DNA of 34,243 nucleotides, from contig JAYUUO010000174.1 of NCBI GenBank assembly GCA_043754515.1, positions 1 through 34,243 on the forward strand, given 5' to 3'. The notes beneath the pieces are model-generated. The model was not told where the DNA came from. It saw nothing but the letters and a program-made list of their open reading frames with translations, and made no database searches. Shown here in pieces: positions 1 through 8,867 of this stretch. Both the position numbers and the translations under genes were made by a program. The DNA is from Armatimonadota bacterium. Its GTDB lineage: Bacteria > Armatimonadota > Armatimonadia > Armatimonadales > Armatimonadaceae. Each line of letters opens with the position of its first letter. Position 1 is the first letter of the stretch.

Positions 1-273
1 GCCCGCCCCCGCCCCGCCCTTCACCGCCGTCACGATGCCGAAGATCGCGAGGCCCACCACCCCGGCGGTGGCCACGTCCCGGTTCGAGAACCCCTTGATC
101 CCCAGGAAGCTGCCCGAGTCGTCCGTGGTGCCGTCGGTGTAGGTGGACGCGCCCTGCCCCCGCGCCGGGGACAGCAGCAGTGCCCCGAGTGGCAACTGCG
201 AGAGCACCAGCCCCGTCAGCAGCAGCGAACCCGCGAGGCGCCCGCCCCGACCGCCCAAAAAGTTTTGTTTCAT
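1..273 (-). CDS. Partial hypothetical exported/membrane protein (N-terminus; runs off the window)
   Basis: Manual translation MKQNFLGGRGGRLAGSLLLTGLVLSQLPLGALLLSPARGQGASTYTDG...VVGLAIFGIVTAVKGG is open to the window edge. It has a signal-peptide-like N-terminus and an AAGGA SD-like site upstream. Not in the ORF track. Confidence 0.7.
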   Translation of the reverse strand, partial: MKQNFLGGRGGRLAGSLLLTGLVLSQLPLGALLLSPARGQGASTYTDGTTDDSGSFLGIKGFSNRDVATAGVVGLAIFGIVTAVKGGAGAG

Positions 274-442
274 TTTCGTATTATCCTTCGACATGGACTC
301 AGCCACGACGGGTTCCTGATCGTCCAAACAGTTTGTTCCGACGCGCTAGATCGCGCGGTGTCTTCCTCTGCGCACAGTCGTTAGATGGCAGTATACCCAG
401 ATTACAGAAACCGACACAGTTTTTTTAGCCGTCACGCAAAAC

Positions 443-471
443 TTGACGCTTGTCCTAACGGGGGTTACACT
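443..471 (+). promoter_or_regulatory. sigma70-type promoter of the pfkB-like gene
   Basis: TTGACG(443-448)-17 nt-TACACT(466-471), 10 nt before ATG 482. Confidence 0.7.
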
Positions 472-481
472 CATAATCAGA

Positions 482-1423
482 ATGATACTCGTTTTCGCCC
501 CGTTCCCCGCCCTGGAGCGCGTCGCCATGACCGAGCGGTTCGTGTCCGGCGCGCCGCAAAAGCCCCTGCGCGTTTCCACATTCGCGGGTGGGCCGGGGCT
601 GCGGGCAGCGTCCGTGATCCGGCTACTCGGCGGTGAGACCCTGGCGGTGGGATTCGCGGGTGGGCGCATCGGCGAACTACTCGCGGACGCCCTCGACCGC
701 CAGGACGTGCCACACGTCCTGACGCGCACCGCGAGCGAGACGCGCGGCGGCTTTCTGCTTCTGGACCGCGAGGGCGGCGTAATCACCCTGATACCGGAGA
801 ACCCGCCCGAAGTCGCCGAGGCGGAGAACGAAAGGCTGTTCGCATCCCTGATGCGGCACCTGCCCGCTACCTCGCACCTTCTGATCACGGGCGATGATCA
901 CGGCGAGGCCGCTCTGCTCGCGCGGATCATCGGGCAGGCGAAGGGCGCGAGCGTCCCCGTGGTTGCCGACCTGAAAGGGGCGTCGCTCGCGGCCTGTCTG
1001 GAGGCGGGTGATTTGTTCCTACTCCGCGTTTCGCACAAGTCGTTGCAACGGCACCTGGAAAGTAGCCTCAGCCACGACTCCGCCATCGTGCGCGAGGTCA
1101 ACGCGCTACGCGAAAGGCACCGCGTCGCCCATGTCGTCGTCACGCTCGGCGAGGACGGGGCGATGCTGATCAACGACGCGGGCGCGACACGTGTGCTCGC
1201 CCCGGTCGTCTCCCACTTCAACCCGACCGGCGGCGGCCAGACTCTGGTGGGCGCGATGACGTTGCGATTGACCCAGAACGGCGGCGACATGGTGGAGGCG
1301 CTTCGCTTCGGGTGCGCCGCCGCTTCGGTGAACGTTACGCACGACGAGCCGGGATACGCGACGCCCGCCGAAACCCGCATCCTCCTCCCCAACACCACCG
1401 CGATCCCGGTACGGACGCGATGA
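482..1423 (+). CDS. PfkB / 1-phosphofructokinase-family carbohydrate kinase homolog with an atypical active site
   Basis: FAGGPGLRAASVIRLLG, GFAGGRIG, ETR, VVVTLGEDGA and AAASVNV match the FruK/LacC-like subfamily. The GAGD motif reads GGGQ. ATG 482 is preferred over TTG 443. Confidence 0.8.
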   Translation: MILVFAPFPALERVAMTERFVSGAPQKPLRVSTFAGGPGLRAASVIRLLGGETLAVGFAGGRIGELLADALDRQDVPHVLTRTASETRGGFLLLDREGGVITLIPENPPEVAEAENERLFASLMRHLPATSHLLITGDDHGEAALLARIIGQAKGASVPVVADLKGASLAACLEAGDLFLLRVSHKSLQRHLESSLSHDSAIVREVNALRERHRVAHVVVTLGEDGAMLINDAGATRVLAPVVSHFNPTGGGQTLVGAMTLRLTQNGGDMVEALRFGCAAASVNVTHDEPGYATPAETRILLPNTTAIPVRTR

Positions 1424-2325
1424 AGCAAGTAGTCTCCGTCTCCCTCGGCTCCTCGACCCGCGACTTCGAGGAGCAGACAACGTTCCTCGGCGAGCCATTC
1501 ACCCTGCGACGCGTCGGCACCGATGGCGACTACGCGAAGTACAACGCCCTGCTCCGGCAGTGGGACGGCGTCGCGGACGCGCTGTGCCTCGGCGGGATAG
1601 ACCGCTACGTCTGGTCGAACGGCAAGCGGTACGAGTTCCGCGACGCCCGCTCTCTGATCGCGGGCGTGACGAAGTCGCCCATCGTGGACGGGAGCGGTCT
1701 GAAAAACACGCTGGAGCGCGAAACGGTTCGCCTACTCGCCGCCGAAGGGGTCGTCAATTTTCGGGATGCCAAATCGCTCATGGTCTGCGGCGTGGACCGG
1801 TTCGGGATGAGCGAGGCGTTGGTGGAGCAGGGCGGTGCGGTGGTGTTCGGCGACTTCATGTTCAGCCTGGAAGTGCCCATCGCGATCAAGACGTGGGGCG
1901 CGCACCGGCTCGCGGCGCGTACCCTGCTCCCGATCCTGACCCAGTTGCCGTTCAAGCTCCTGTACCCGACCGGCGACTCGCAGACGAAAACCACGCCGAA
2001 GTGGGGCGAGTGGTACCGGTGGGCGGACGTGATCGCGGGCGACTTCCTTCTGATCCGCCGCTTCCTACCGGACGCCGACGGGGAGCCGCTCGCGGGCAAG
2101 GTGGTCATTACAAACACGACCACGCAGGCCGACCGCGACGAACTGAAGAGGCGCGGCGTGCGCCTGCTGATCACCTCGACCCCGCGCTTCAGCGGGCGTA
2201 CTCCCGGCACGAACGTGATGGAGGGCGTTTTCGTCGCGCTCAACGACGGCAAACCTCTAGACGAGTCCGGCTACCGCGAGATGCTCACGCGCCTCGCGTG
2301 GACGCCGACCGTGGACACGTTGTAG
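1420..2325 (+). CDS. Conserved hypothetical protein (family often auto-annotated as quinate 5-dehydrogenase)
   Basis: MKQVVSVSLGSSTRD, RVGTDGD, PIVDGSGLKNTLER, VDRFGM, KVVITNTTT, GRTPGTNVMEG; ATGA overlap with the upstream stop. Confidence 0.75.
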   Translation: MKQVVSVSLGSSTRDFEEQTTFLGEPFTLRRVGTDGDYAKYNALLRQWDGVADALCLGGIDRYVWSNGKRYEFRDARSLIAGVTKSPIVDGSGLKNTLERETVRLLAAEGVVNFRDAKSLMVCGVDRFGMSEALVEQGGAVVFGDFMFSLEVPIAIKTWGAHRLAARTLLPILTQLPFKLLYPTGDSQTKTTPKWGEWYRWADVIAGDFLLIRRFLPDADGEPLAGKVVITNTTTQADRDELKRRGVRLLITSTPRFSGRTPGTNVMEGVFVALNDGKPLDESGYREMLTRLAWTPTVDTL

Positions 2326-2357
2326 CGCGCCCTTAAACGGCACGACACGGAGCCGCC

Positions 2358-2991
2358 TCACGGGGCGACATGCTTTGCGCGCTCGGCGCAGATGGTGTCC
2401 ACGACGCCCAGGAGTTCGGGGAGCAGACCGATGGCGAAGAGGCGCGACTTGCCGATCCGGTTATCCGTCCGCAACGCGTAGAACTGCCAGCCGTCGCCGT
2501 TCGACACCATGCCGTAGACGTCGGTGATAATCCCGGCGCGGGTGTTTTTCCACCGGTACGCGGCCATTTCCGCGACGCACTGTATCTCGCCGCTCTCGAA
2601 ATCGTCCTTCTTCGCTTCTACTATACATTAAGAGGGAGTATTCGAGGTAGGCGCGTTTCGGGGCGATCAGATAGTCTACGAAACCGGTGAGTGTGTCGGT
2701 CTCCAGCGGCTCGCCTTTCCACACTTTGAGCCGTTCGTGACGCGGCAGAACTTCTAAGAGAACGGCGTCAATCAGCAAAAGTTTCGCAACCTCCGACCCG
2801 ACAAGATCGAAGTAATCGAAGCGGGCGATAGCCTCGCGCAGGTAGACCCCCGGCTCGACCGGCTCGCTTCGCACCTCTCACGGCGTAAACTCCCGCGCGG
2901 GAACGAGTAGCATGGCGTCTCGGATCGTTAGGTCGGCGAACTCGCGCTTCACCGCAGTCAGCGCGGGTGTGTCGGGTGTCACTCGTGGCAT
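2358..2991 (-). pseudogene. Decayed PD-(D/E)XK-like (HsdR-N-like) hypothetical nuclease
   Basis: Starts at ATG 2991, has an in-frame TGA at 2878-2880 and a frameshift near 2625-2641. The joined frames give GFVDYLIAP...VEAKKDDFESGEIQCVAEM...VYGMVSNGDGWQF, the same motifs as 5756-6344. Confidence 0.75.
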
Positions 2992-3164
2992 CGGTGGTTT
3001 CCTTCCGTTAGTAGTCTACCGCTTAGCAATAACACGGTAGGAAGGTCGCTGGCAAACACCGGGTCGAATACTCGCGTCGTACCCGGTTCCTACATCTGGA
3101 TTGACTGCCGGATCGGGCGTGCCGGACAGACGAACCGTGGTTACTACTCGCTCTGCCAAAATCG

Positions 3165-3508
3165 TCACGGGTAGATGCTGTTAGCTCGCCAGTAGCGGCG
3201 AGCGACGATTTGCCGGTCGTGGTTCATTTTCAATTGAGCAACCGTTGCTCGCTCCACACATCCTGGCGCGGGTGGAACAAGCGTACTTCGGCGTTGCTTT
3301 CCGGGTCAGCACCGGTGATGAAGCTGCTTTTGTAGGCGTTACAAGCAACACATGCCAGCGCGAGGTTGTCGTAACCGCTTGTTCCGCCGCGCACTTCGGG
3401 GTGAATATGCTCCACTTCAAAGACGCTGTTGAAAACCTGTTCCGGCGCGTGGCAGTATTCGCATCGCCCCCGCCCCCTCCCGGCGACAACAGGATAAAAC
3501 CGACTCAC
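3165..3508 (-). pseudogene. HNH endonuclease with internal deletion/frameshift
   Basis: RCEYCH, FEVEHIHP..RGG, NLALACVACNAYK, LFHPRQDVWSE. The typical C-terminus TVAQLKMNHDRQIVARRYWRANSIYP* continues in another frame to 3165. Confidence 0.75.
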
Positions 3509-3512
3509 CTGA

Positions 3513-3702
3513 TTACTTCAACTCGTCCGATAGTTTTTGCGCCCTCTTGCCGGATGCCTCTATTAGTTGTTGTATATGCGTATAGTGCTGGGCCGAGTTG
3601 TACTCGACGACCCAAAGACCCGCGATTTCTTCCGGAGTTAACGTGGCACTCATGACGTGTTTTGTTTCTGGTTGGTGAACCGGGGGGCGACTCGATTGCC
3701 AT
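3513..3702 (-). pseudogene. Small upstream partner of the HNH gene (antitoxin-like), probably frameshifted
   Basis: Open frame MSATLTPEEIAGLW...SDELK* (3653-3513) ends 4 nt before the HNH start. A possible original ATG at 3702 would need a shift in a C6 run. Confidence 0.45.
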
Positions 3703-3813
3703 CCGCTCACCGTATCACAGGTGCTTGCAGGAACGACGGTATGTTTTCCAGGTCGCATGCGATTAAGCCGTTCGCGCAAGTTTTTCGCGGGCGGCGACGC
3801 GACATAATCGGGC

Positions 3814-4200
3814 ATGAATTTCGAGATCGGCGGCGCGATAATGAACATTGAGAACATTGCCGTCACCACCTCGATTCGGGAACGCGGCCGATTTATCGCA
3901 GCTTACGGCGCGGGCAGGTGGCGCAAGGTTAAGGGCGATGCGCGGACGAATAAAATGCAAACCACACGAACCGCATTCGCACTGTGCCTTGATGACCACG
4001 GGTATCCGGCGTCGCTCGAAGCCCGCAAGATTTACCCGACACTTCCGACCACGGATGCCGAAGCGGGATGCCTACGTGTCGTAGACGAGTCAGGCGAGGA
4101 TTATCTGTACCCGTCACGCCTGTTTCTGGCACTGGAGTTGCCGGAGGAAGCAGAGCGGGTGCTGATCGGCGCGTCAGGCGTCAATGCCTCGGCGAGATGA
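3814..4200 (+). pseudogene. Deletion-fused remnant of a two-gene hypothetical module
   Basis: The N-part MNFEIGG..IAV..SIRE..YGAGRWRKVKG lacks the usual C-terminal half. It runs in frame into a second ORF from ATG 3955 (C..YPASLEARKIY..LRVVDESGEDYLYP). Confidence 0.6.
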
Positions 4201-4487
4201 TGGCATCGGTAGCGCGAGGTCGCGGTTTGGAAGCCTTTGGGGGTGACGAATACGACGTGGAGCGGAGGGTAGGACTCGGACATGACGGTGCGTACGCGGT
4301 TGTCAGTGTGAAAAAGGTTAGGGTTGCGGCATGAGTAGCAAATCGTGTGGAACAGGAGCGCATGAGGGTGTTCTTTTCTGTCGCGCCGCTGAGTCCAGCA
4401 ATATTACCGTGAGGGGCAGAAACGACTCCGTCAAGATCTGTGACACCTCTGAGCATTTCTGCTTCCAGGCGTGACTTACCTCTCGCC

Positions 4488-5720
4488 CTATTCTACAAAT
4501 CGCCAACGGGCACGAATCGTGGTAACGCGGTCCCAGAGTTCGCGGGCGACGTCGGACTTCGGGAGCAGGGGAAGCGGTTCGGGGGCGGTACCGGGGCGCA
4601 GGAACGTCACTCGGTTAGTGTCGGTGCCGAAGCCGGAACCGGGTTCGGACACATCGTTCGCGACAAGCAGATCGAGGTTTTTCGCGGATAGTTTCGCCCC
4701 GGCGTTCGCTAAAACGTCGCTGGTCTCGGCGGCGAACCCGACTAAGATTTGGCCGGGGCGTTTGTGCTTGCCGACGACGGCGGCGATGTCGAGCGTTTCT
4801 TTGAGTTCGATCACGGAAACGCCGTCGCGCTTTTTGAGCTTGTCGGGGGCGACCACTTTAGGCCGGAAGTCAGCGACGGCGGCGGCTTGCACCACTATAT
4901 CGGAGGACGCGGCGCGGGGGATCACGGCGTCCGCCATCTCTTCGGCGGTTGTAACGGACACGAGTTCGACGCTCGCGGGCGCGGTCAGCGACACGGGCGC
5001 GGAAACGAGCGTGACGGTCGCGCCGCGCCGCGCGGCTTCGCCCGCGATTGCGTAGCCCATTTTGCCCGACGAGCGGTTGCCGAGATAGCGCACGGGGTCA
5101 ATCGGCTCTTGTGTTCCGCCCGCCGTGACCAGCACTGTCAATCCCGCAAGGTCACCAGGGGGGAACAGAATCGCGCGTATCGCGTCCACGATTTCGGTGG
5201 GTTCCGGCAAACGCCCCGCGCCGACGACGCCCTCGGCGAGCCGCCCGACCCCCGGCTCGATAAATGTGTAGCCGTAGCCCTCCAGAATTGCGCGGTTGCG
5301 CCGGGTGGCGGGGTGCGCCCACATGTCGGTGTTCATGGCGGGGCAAACCAGAACCGGCTCGGTGGTGCGGGCAAGAAGCGCGGCACTCAGCATGTCATCC
5401 GCCGCGCCCGCCGCGAGCCGCGACAGTACATCGGCGGACGCGGGGGCGATCACGAAAATGTCGGCGAGTTCGGCGTAGCGCAGGTGCGCGATCTCGCGCG
5501 GTCCGAACGGTTCGTCAAAGGTATCGGTGGACACCGGGTTGCTGGCGAGCCCCCAGAATGTCGGCGCGCCCACGAACTTCAAGGCGGCTCGGGTTAGAAT
5601 CGGGTACACGCCCGCGCCCGCCTGCGCGAGTTTGGAGCACAAGTCGGCGGCTTTGTACGCGGAGATCGAGCCGCCGACACCGAGTACGATGGTTTTGCCG
5701 GACAGGTCAACGGTTGTCAT
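4488..5720 (-). CDS. coaBC: Bifunctional phosphopantothenoylcysteine decarboxylase / phosphopantothenate-cysteine ligase
   Basis: LGVGGSISAYK, APASAD, PAMNTDMW, LVTAGGTQEPIDPVRYLGNRSSGKMG, AAAVADF, VGFAAET, VANDV. Confidence 0.97.
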   Translation of the reverse strand: MTTVDLSGKTIVLGVGGSISAYKAADLCSKLAQAGAGVYPILTRAALKFVGAPTFWGLASNPVSTDTFDEPFGPREIAHLRYAELADIFVIAPASADVLSRLAAGAADDMLSAALLARTTEPVLVCPAMNTDMWAHPATRRNRAILEGYGYTFIEPGVGRLAEGVVGAGRLPEPTEIVDAIRAILFPPGDLAGLTVLVTAGGTQEPIDPVRYLGNRSSGKMGYAIAGEAARRGATVTLVSAPVSLTAPASVELVSVTTAEEMADAVIPRAASSDIVVQAAAVADFRPKVVAPDKLKKRDGVSVIELKETLDIAAVVGKHKRPGQILVGFAAETSDVLANAGAKLSAKNLDLLVANDVSEPGSGFGTDTNRVTFLRPGTAPEPLPLLPKSDVARELWDRVTTIRARWRFVE

Positions 5721-5755
5721 ACGGCCATGCTACCGCGCCAGAGTACAATAATGCC
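5721..5755. promoter_or_regulatory. 35-bp back-to-back leaderless promoters
   Basis: Minus strand TAGCAT (5727-5732) is 6 nt before the coaBC ATG. Plus strand TACAAT (5744-5749) is 6 nt before ATG 5756. No SD on either side. Confidence 0.6.
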
Positions 5756-6344
5756 ATGACGTACTCCGACTTCACTTTGCCAACCGCCATTACCCGGTTC
5801 GCTTTATCGCTCGACTATGAGCCGCGACCTGTTCGCGCCGGTTGATGCCAGCGACCTTTTGCGTGAAACGCTCGCCTGTAACGCTCCCCTTGCTCTCTCA
5901 ATAGCTACGGGAAAAGCGCGCTCCGAAATGCTGGTTTCTCCAATACTCACCGAAGCGCGGCGGATGCGTGGCGAGAGTGTGAACCTGTTTTCCGGCAACG
6001 TGTTTAACGTGGACGCGTCGGTCGGGCTTGCCGGGTACTTTGACTTTCTCCTCACCCACTCCCCGTATCTAAGCGTCGTGTAAGCACCCGTTTTCGCGGT
6101 TGTCGAGGTAAAGAAAGAGGATGTCGCAACGGGCTACGGGCAGTGTGTCGCTACAATGGTCGGTGCCCAGCGGTTCAACGAAGCGAACCACGAGCCTATC
6201 GAAACGGTGTACGGCGCGGTGACGAGCGGGGATATCTGGAAGTTCTTCTCGCTCCACGGAAGCGACGTGCGGGTTGACCGCGAAACGTACTACTTAGTCC
6301 AGATCGAGCGGCTTCTCGGCGTCCTGTGGCGCGTCGCGGCGTAG
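5756..6344 (+). pseudogene. Decayed PD-(D/E)XK-like hypothetical nuclease (MxYSDFTL family)
   Basis: MTYSDFTL start, frameshift near 5820, in-frame TAA at 6081-6083. Motifs KARSEMLVSPIL, GYFDFLL, VVEVKKED, GQCVATM, VYGAVTSGDIWKF. Confidence 0.8.
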
Positions 6345-6410
6345 CCACCCGAAGAATCATGCGTGAGTGGCCTGGCGTTCGCTCTCCTCCCGCCCTGCGT
6401 TCCGACCGGG

Positions 6411-6891
6411 CTACACTTCGTCCAGGAAACCAGCCCATTTTCGACGAACTGTGCGACAAGCTCCTGCCCACTCAATAGCGCGGTTCCAAGGAGAGGGCGG
6501 CGGCCCGTCGCCAGAATGCGCACGTCACGTTCCGCGCCGTTCCAAAGTATGACGGCTCTGTGAACCGCAATCTCAATCTCGCTATCGTCGGCGAGGCTCG
6601 CGGGGATGTTTTCCGCGAACGGCAAACCGAGCGCGGCGACGGCTCGCGGGGGCAGAGTCAAGAAGCCGGTGAAGCGTGACTATATGTGCGTCGGGGTTTT
6701 TCGCCCGCAGGGAATTCGGCGTGGCGAAACTGTTATCGTCGCCAATCGCATAGTCGCCGGTGTTTGTGTCGAACGAAACGAGTTTGCCGATGTTACCCGC
6801 CGTCTCGATCTCAACGCACAACCGGTCATACAACGCCCGCGCCCGTGCCTAAAGGCAAGGCGGTGTTGACATCGGTTTGGTTGTTGCTCAT
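6411..6891 (-). pseudogene. Deleted two-gene module: small hypothetical protein plus clan AA aspartic protease (AF_0612-like)
   Basis: The first part (GKLVSFDTNTGDYAIGDD...NPDA) is joined directly to (G)FTGFLTLP...LADDSE...PLLGTALL. The protease N-terminus and catalytic DTG are missing, and there are extra frameshifts. Confidence 0.65.
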
Positions 6892-6939
6892 AACTCTAAT
6901 TATACCGCGCCGGTTCTGCTACTGATGTCGCGAGAGAGC

Positions 6940-7587
6940 TCACACGCCCCCCCAAGAAACGCTAGGCCGCTCGCCGTGCCACTCGGGGTGCGTGCGGCAA
7001 CGCTCGGCGAGGAAGATGGCGCGGATGCGGTCGGACGCCTCGGTGATGTCGTCGTTCGTGACCGCGTAGTCGTAGTTCGGGATCTGTTGCAGTTCGGAGC
7101 GGGCGTCCAGAAGCCGCGTCGTTATTTCGTCCTCGGACTCCGTGGAGCGGGAGCGGAGTCGGCGTTCGAGTTCGGCGACGGACGGGGGCATGAGGAAAAT
7201 GAGCACAGCGGCGCGGACTTTGGTGCGCACCGCGAGGCCGCCCTGGACGTCAATCTTCAGGATCACGTCGGACCCGGCGCGGCATTGATCGTCCACCCAC
7301 GCCTTCGGCGTGCCGTACAGGTTGCCGTTAACTTTCGCGTACTCTAGAAACTCGTCCCGCTCCACCATGTCGCGGAACTCGGGCACGGTGCGGAAGAAGT
7401 AGGGCTTACCCTCCGCCTCGCCGGGGCGCGGGGGGCGGGTGGTCGCCGACACGTTCAAAAGTACATCGGCGATGGTCGGCAGGAAGTGCTCCAGAACGGT
7501 GTCCTTGCCGACACCCGAGGGACCGGAAACGACGAAAAGTCTCCCCGGTCGCTTCGGTTCTTCAGTTTTCTGATCGCCTAACGTCAA
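6940..7587 (-). CDS. gmk: Guanylate kinase
   Basis: SGPSGVGKDT P-loop, SATTRPPRPGE, FLEYAKV.GNLYGTP, IDVQG, IFLMPPS. Confidence 0.96.
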   Translation of the reverse strand: MTLGDQKTEEPKRPGRLFVVSGPSGVGKDTVLEHFLPTIADVLLNVSATTRPPRPGEAEGKPYFFRTVPEFRDMVERDEFLEYAKVNGNLYGTPKAWVDDQCRAGSDVILKIDVQGGLAVRTKVRAAVLIFLMPPSVAELERRLRSRSTESEDEITTRLLDARSELQQIPNYDYAVTNDDITEASDRIRAIFLAERCRTHPEWHGERPSVSWGGV

Positions 7588-7590
7588 ACT

Positions 7591-7944
7591 TTATTCTCCG
7601 GTGTTGGGCAGTTCCGAATCGGCTTCGACCTGTTCCCGTTTCACAATGGCATCCTCTTCCGGCGTACCGGCGAGCGGCTGCTGTTCTTTGCCGCCCAAGC
7701 GGCGGGCGAGTGTTTCCTGCGAGAGCGCGGATGCGACCGCGAACCCGCCATCCAGAAAGACTACGCTTTTGGTCTTGCGCCCCTGTGTCGCGTCGATCAG
7801 GGTACCGCCTTTGCGGGCTTCCTGCACGACTCGGCGCATGGGCGCGGAGTCGGATCGGATCAGAGCGAGTATCTTGGTCGAAGAGACGAAGTTATAGAAA
7901 CCTACATTCAGAACAATCGGCGTCACGGCTTTTTCAATCCTCAC
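7591..7944 (-). CDS. remA: DUF370 / RemA-family regulator
   Basis: LNVGFYNFVS, SAPMRR, LIDATQGRKTKSV, SALSQETLARR; conserved position upstream of gmk. The start could also be GTG 7926. Confidence 0.85.
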   Translation of the reverse strand: MRIEKAVTPIVLNVGFYNFVSSTKILALIRSDSAPMRRVVQEARKGGTLIDATQGRKTKSVVFLDGGFAVASALSQETLARRLGGKEQQPLAGTPEEDAIVKREQVEADSELPNTGE

Positions 7945-8037
7945 CCGGCTTGATACAGGGCGTCAATGTGTATTTCTTGGAGCAAAGATCGAGCGATTGC
8001 GTTGCCTCCTCGCTTTATATCTATTTGCCTCGTGCTG

Positions 8038-8066
8038 ATTATACGCGTCAAATGAAGGTTCGTCAA
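8038..8066 (-). promoter_or_regulatory. Near-consensus sigma70 promoter for remA-gmk
   Basis: TTGACG(8066-8061)-17 nt-TATAAT(8043-8038). Confidence 0.8.
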
Positions 8067-8867
8067 CTACTGTTCGGTTTCGACGTCTTTCGCCAATATT
8101 TCACGCGCGATGGTTATCTCTTCCGGGCGGTCAATATCCGCGCCGATCTCAGGGAATGGCGTGATCACCGCCCTCGGATTCGCCGAGCGGAGGAGGCGTC
8201 CCGCCGCCTGCTCGACGTGCCTGATGGTTAGTAGTGACGGAACCAGGCGCGATAGGAGAAGCCTCGCGAGCGTCCCCGCCCCCAGCATCCCCGCCAGACG
8301 ACCCGTGTCCTTGCGCCTAGCGTATGCGTCTCGAATGACGGACCCGTTTTCGCGCAGGAACGCCGGGTCCAGTAGCGCGAGATTGCCACCGGTGAACTCC
8401 CCCTCCGCGAGACGCAACGTAGTTCTCTTCATCCGGGGGAACGCCGCCCGGCATATGTCCGCCGCGATAATGGAGTAAGCGAACGCCGTCGGTCGAACCG
8501 CCTCCGCGCGGCGGAGGAAATCGTCTACCGCGTCGCCAGTCAGGAACGGGATGTCGGCGGTCACGATCAGCAAGTTCGTTTCGTCCGGGCGTAGCGCGCT
8601 GACCCCGTTCATTAAAGTTTCCACGAGCGACGCGCCACCGGCCACCGCCTCGCAACCGGTGGGGAGCGGCACATCGCCCGCGACCAAAATCCTGCCCCCG
8701 GCGAAGGTATTGGCGGCGAACCCGTCTTGAACCGCGTGCGCGACCAGATCGAGCATCGTTTCGCCGTTCGGCCCGACGCGGATCAGGGCGCGGTTGGTCA
8801 CGCCGCCCGCGACCGGGATGAACGCTTCCGGTAGATCCCCCCCGGCTAATATGAGCGCGGTGGTCAC
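8067..8867 (-). CDS. MobA-like NTP transferase / nucleotidyltransferase family protein
   Basis: ALILAGG, NRALI, LIVTADIPFL, KRTTLRLAEGEFTGGN, IGADIDRP; TAGTG overlap with the upstream gene. Confidence 0.85.
   Translation of the reverse strand: MTTALILAGGDLPEAFIPVAGGVTNRALIRVGPNGETMLDLVAHAVQDGFAANTFAGGRILVAGDVPLPTGCEAVAGGASLVETLMNGVSALRPDETNLLIVTADIPFLTGDAVDDFLRRAEAVRPTAFAYSIIAADICRAAFPRMKRTTLRLAEGEFTGGNLALLDPAFLRENGSVIRDAYARRKDTGRLAGMLGAGTLARLLLSRLVPSLLTIRHVEQAAGRLLRSANPRAVITPFPEIGADIDRPEEITIAREILAKDVETEQ

Noticed and set aside
4181..4283. Minus-strand MSESYPPLHVVFVTPKGFQTATSRYRCHHLAEAL, resembling a glycosyltransferase N-terminus
   Set aside because: Too short, runs antisense into the 3814-4200 remnant, and the similarity cannot be supported without a search
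4749..5597. Long antisense or alternate-frame ORFs over core genes (also 1560-2336, 13050-13838, 18906-19739, 28280-29212)
   Set aside because: Expected shadows of high-GC codon bias; no motifs or start signals
2358..6891. Integron cassette array
   Set aside because: No integrase, no repeated attC-like sites, mixed orientations, and coaBC lies in the middle
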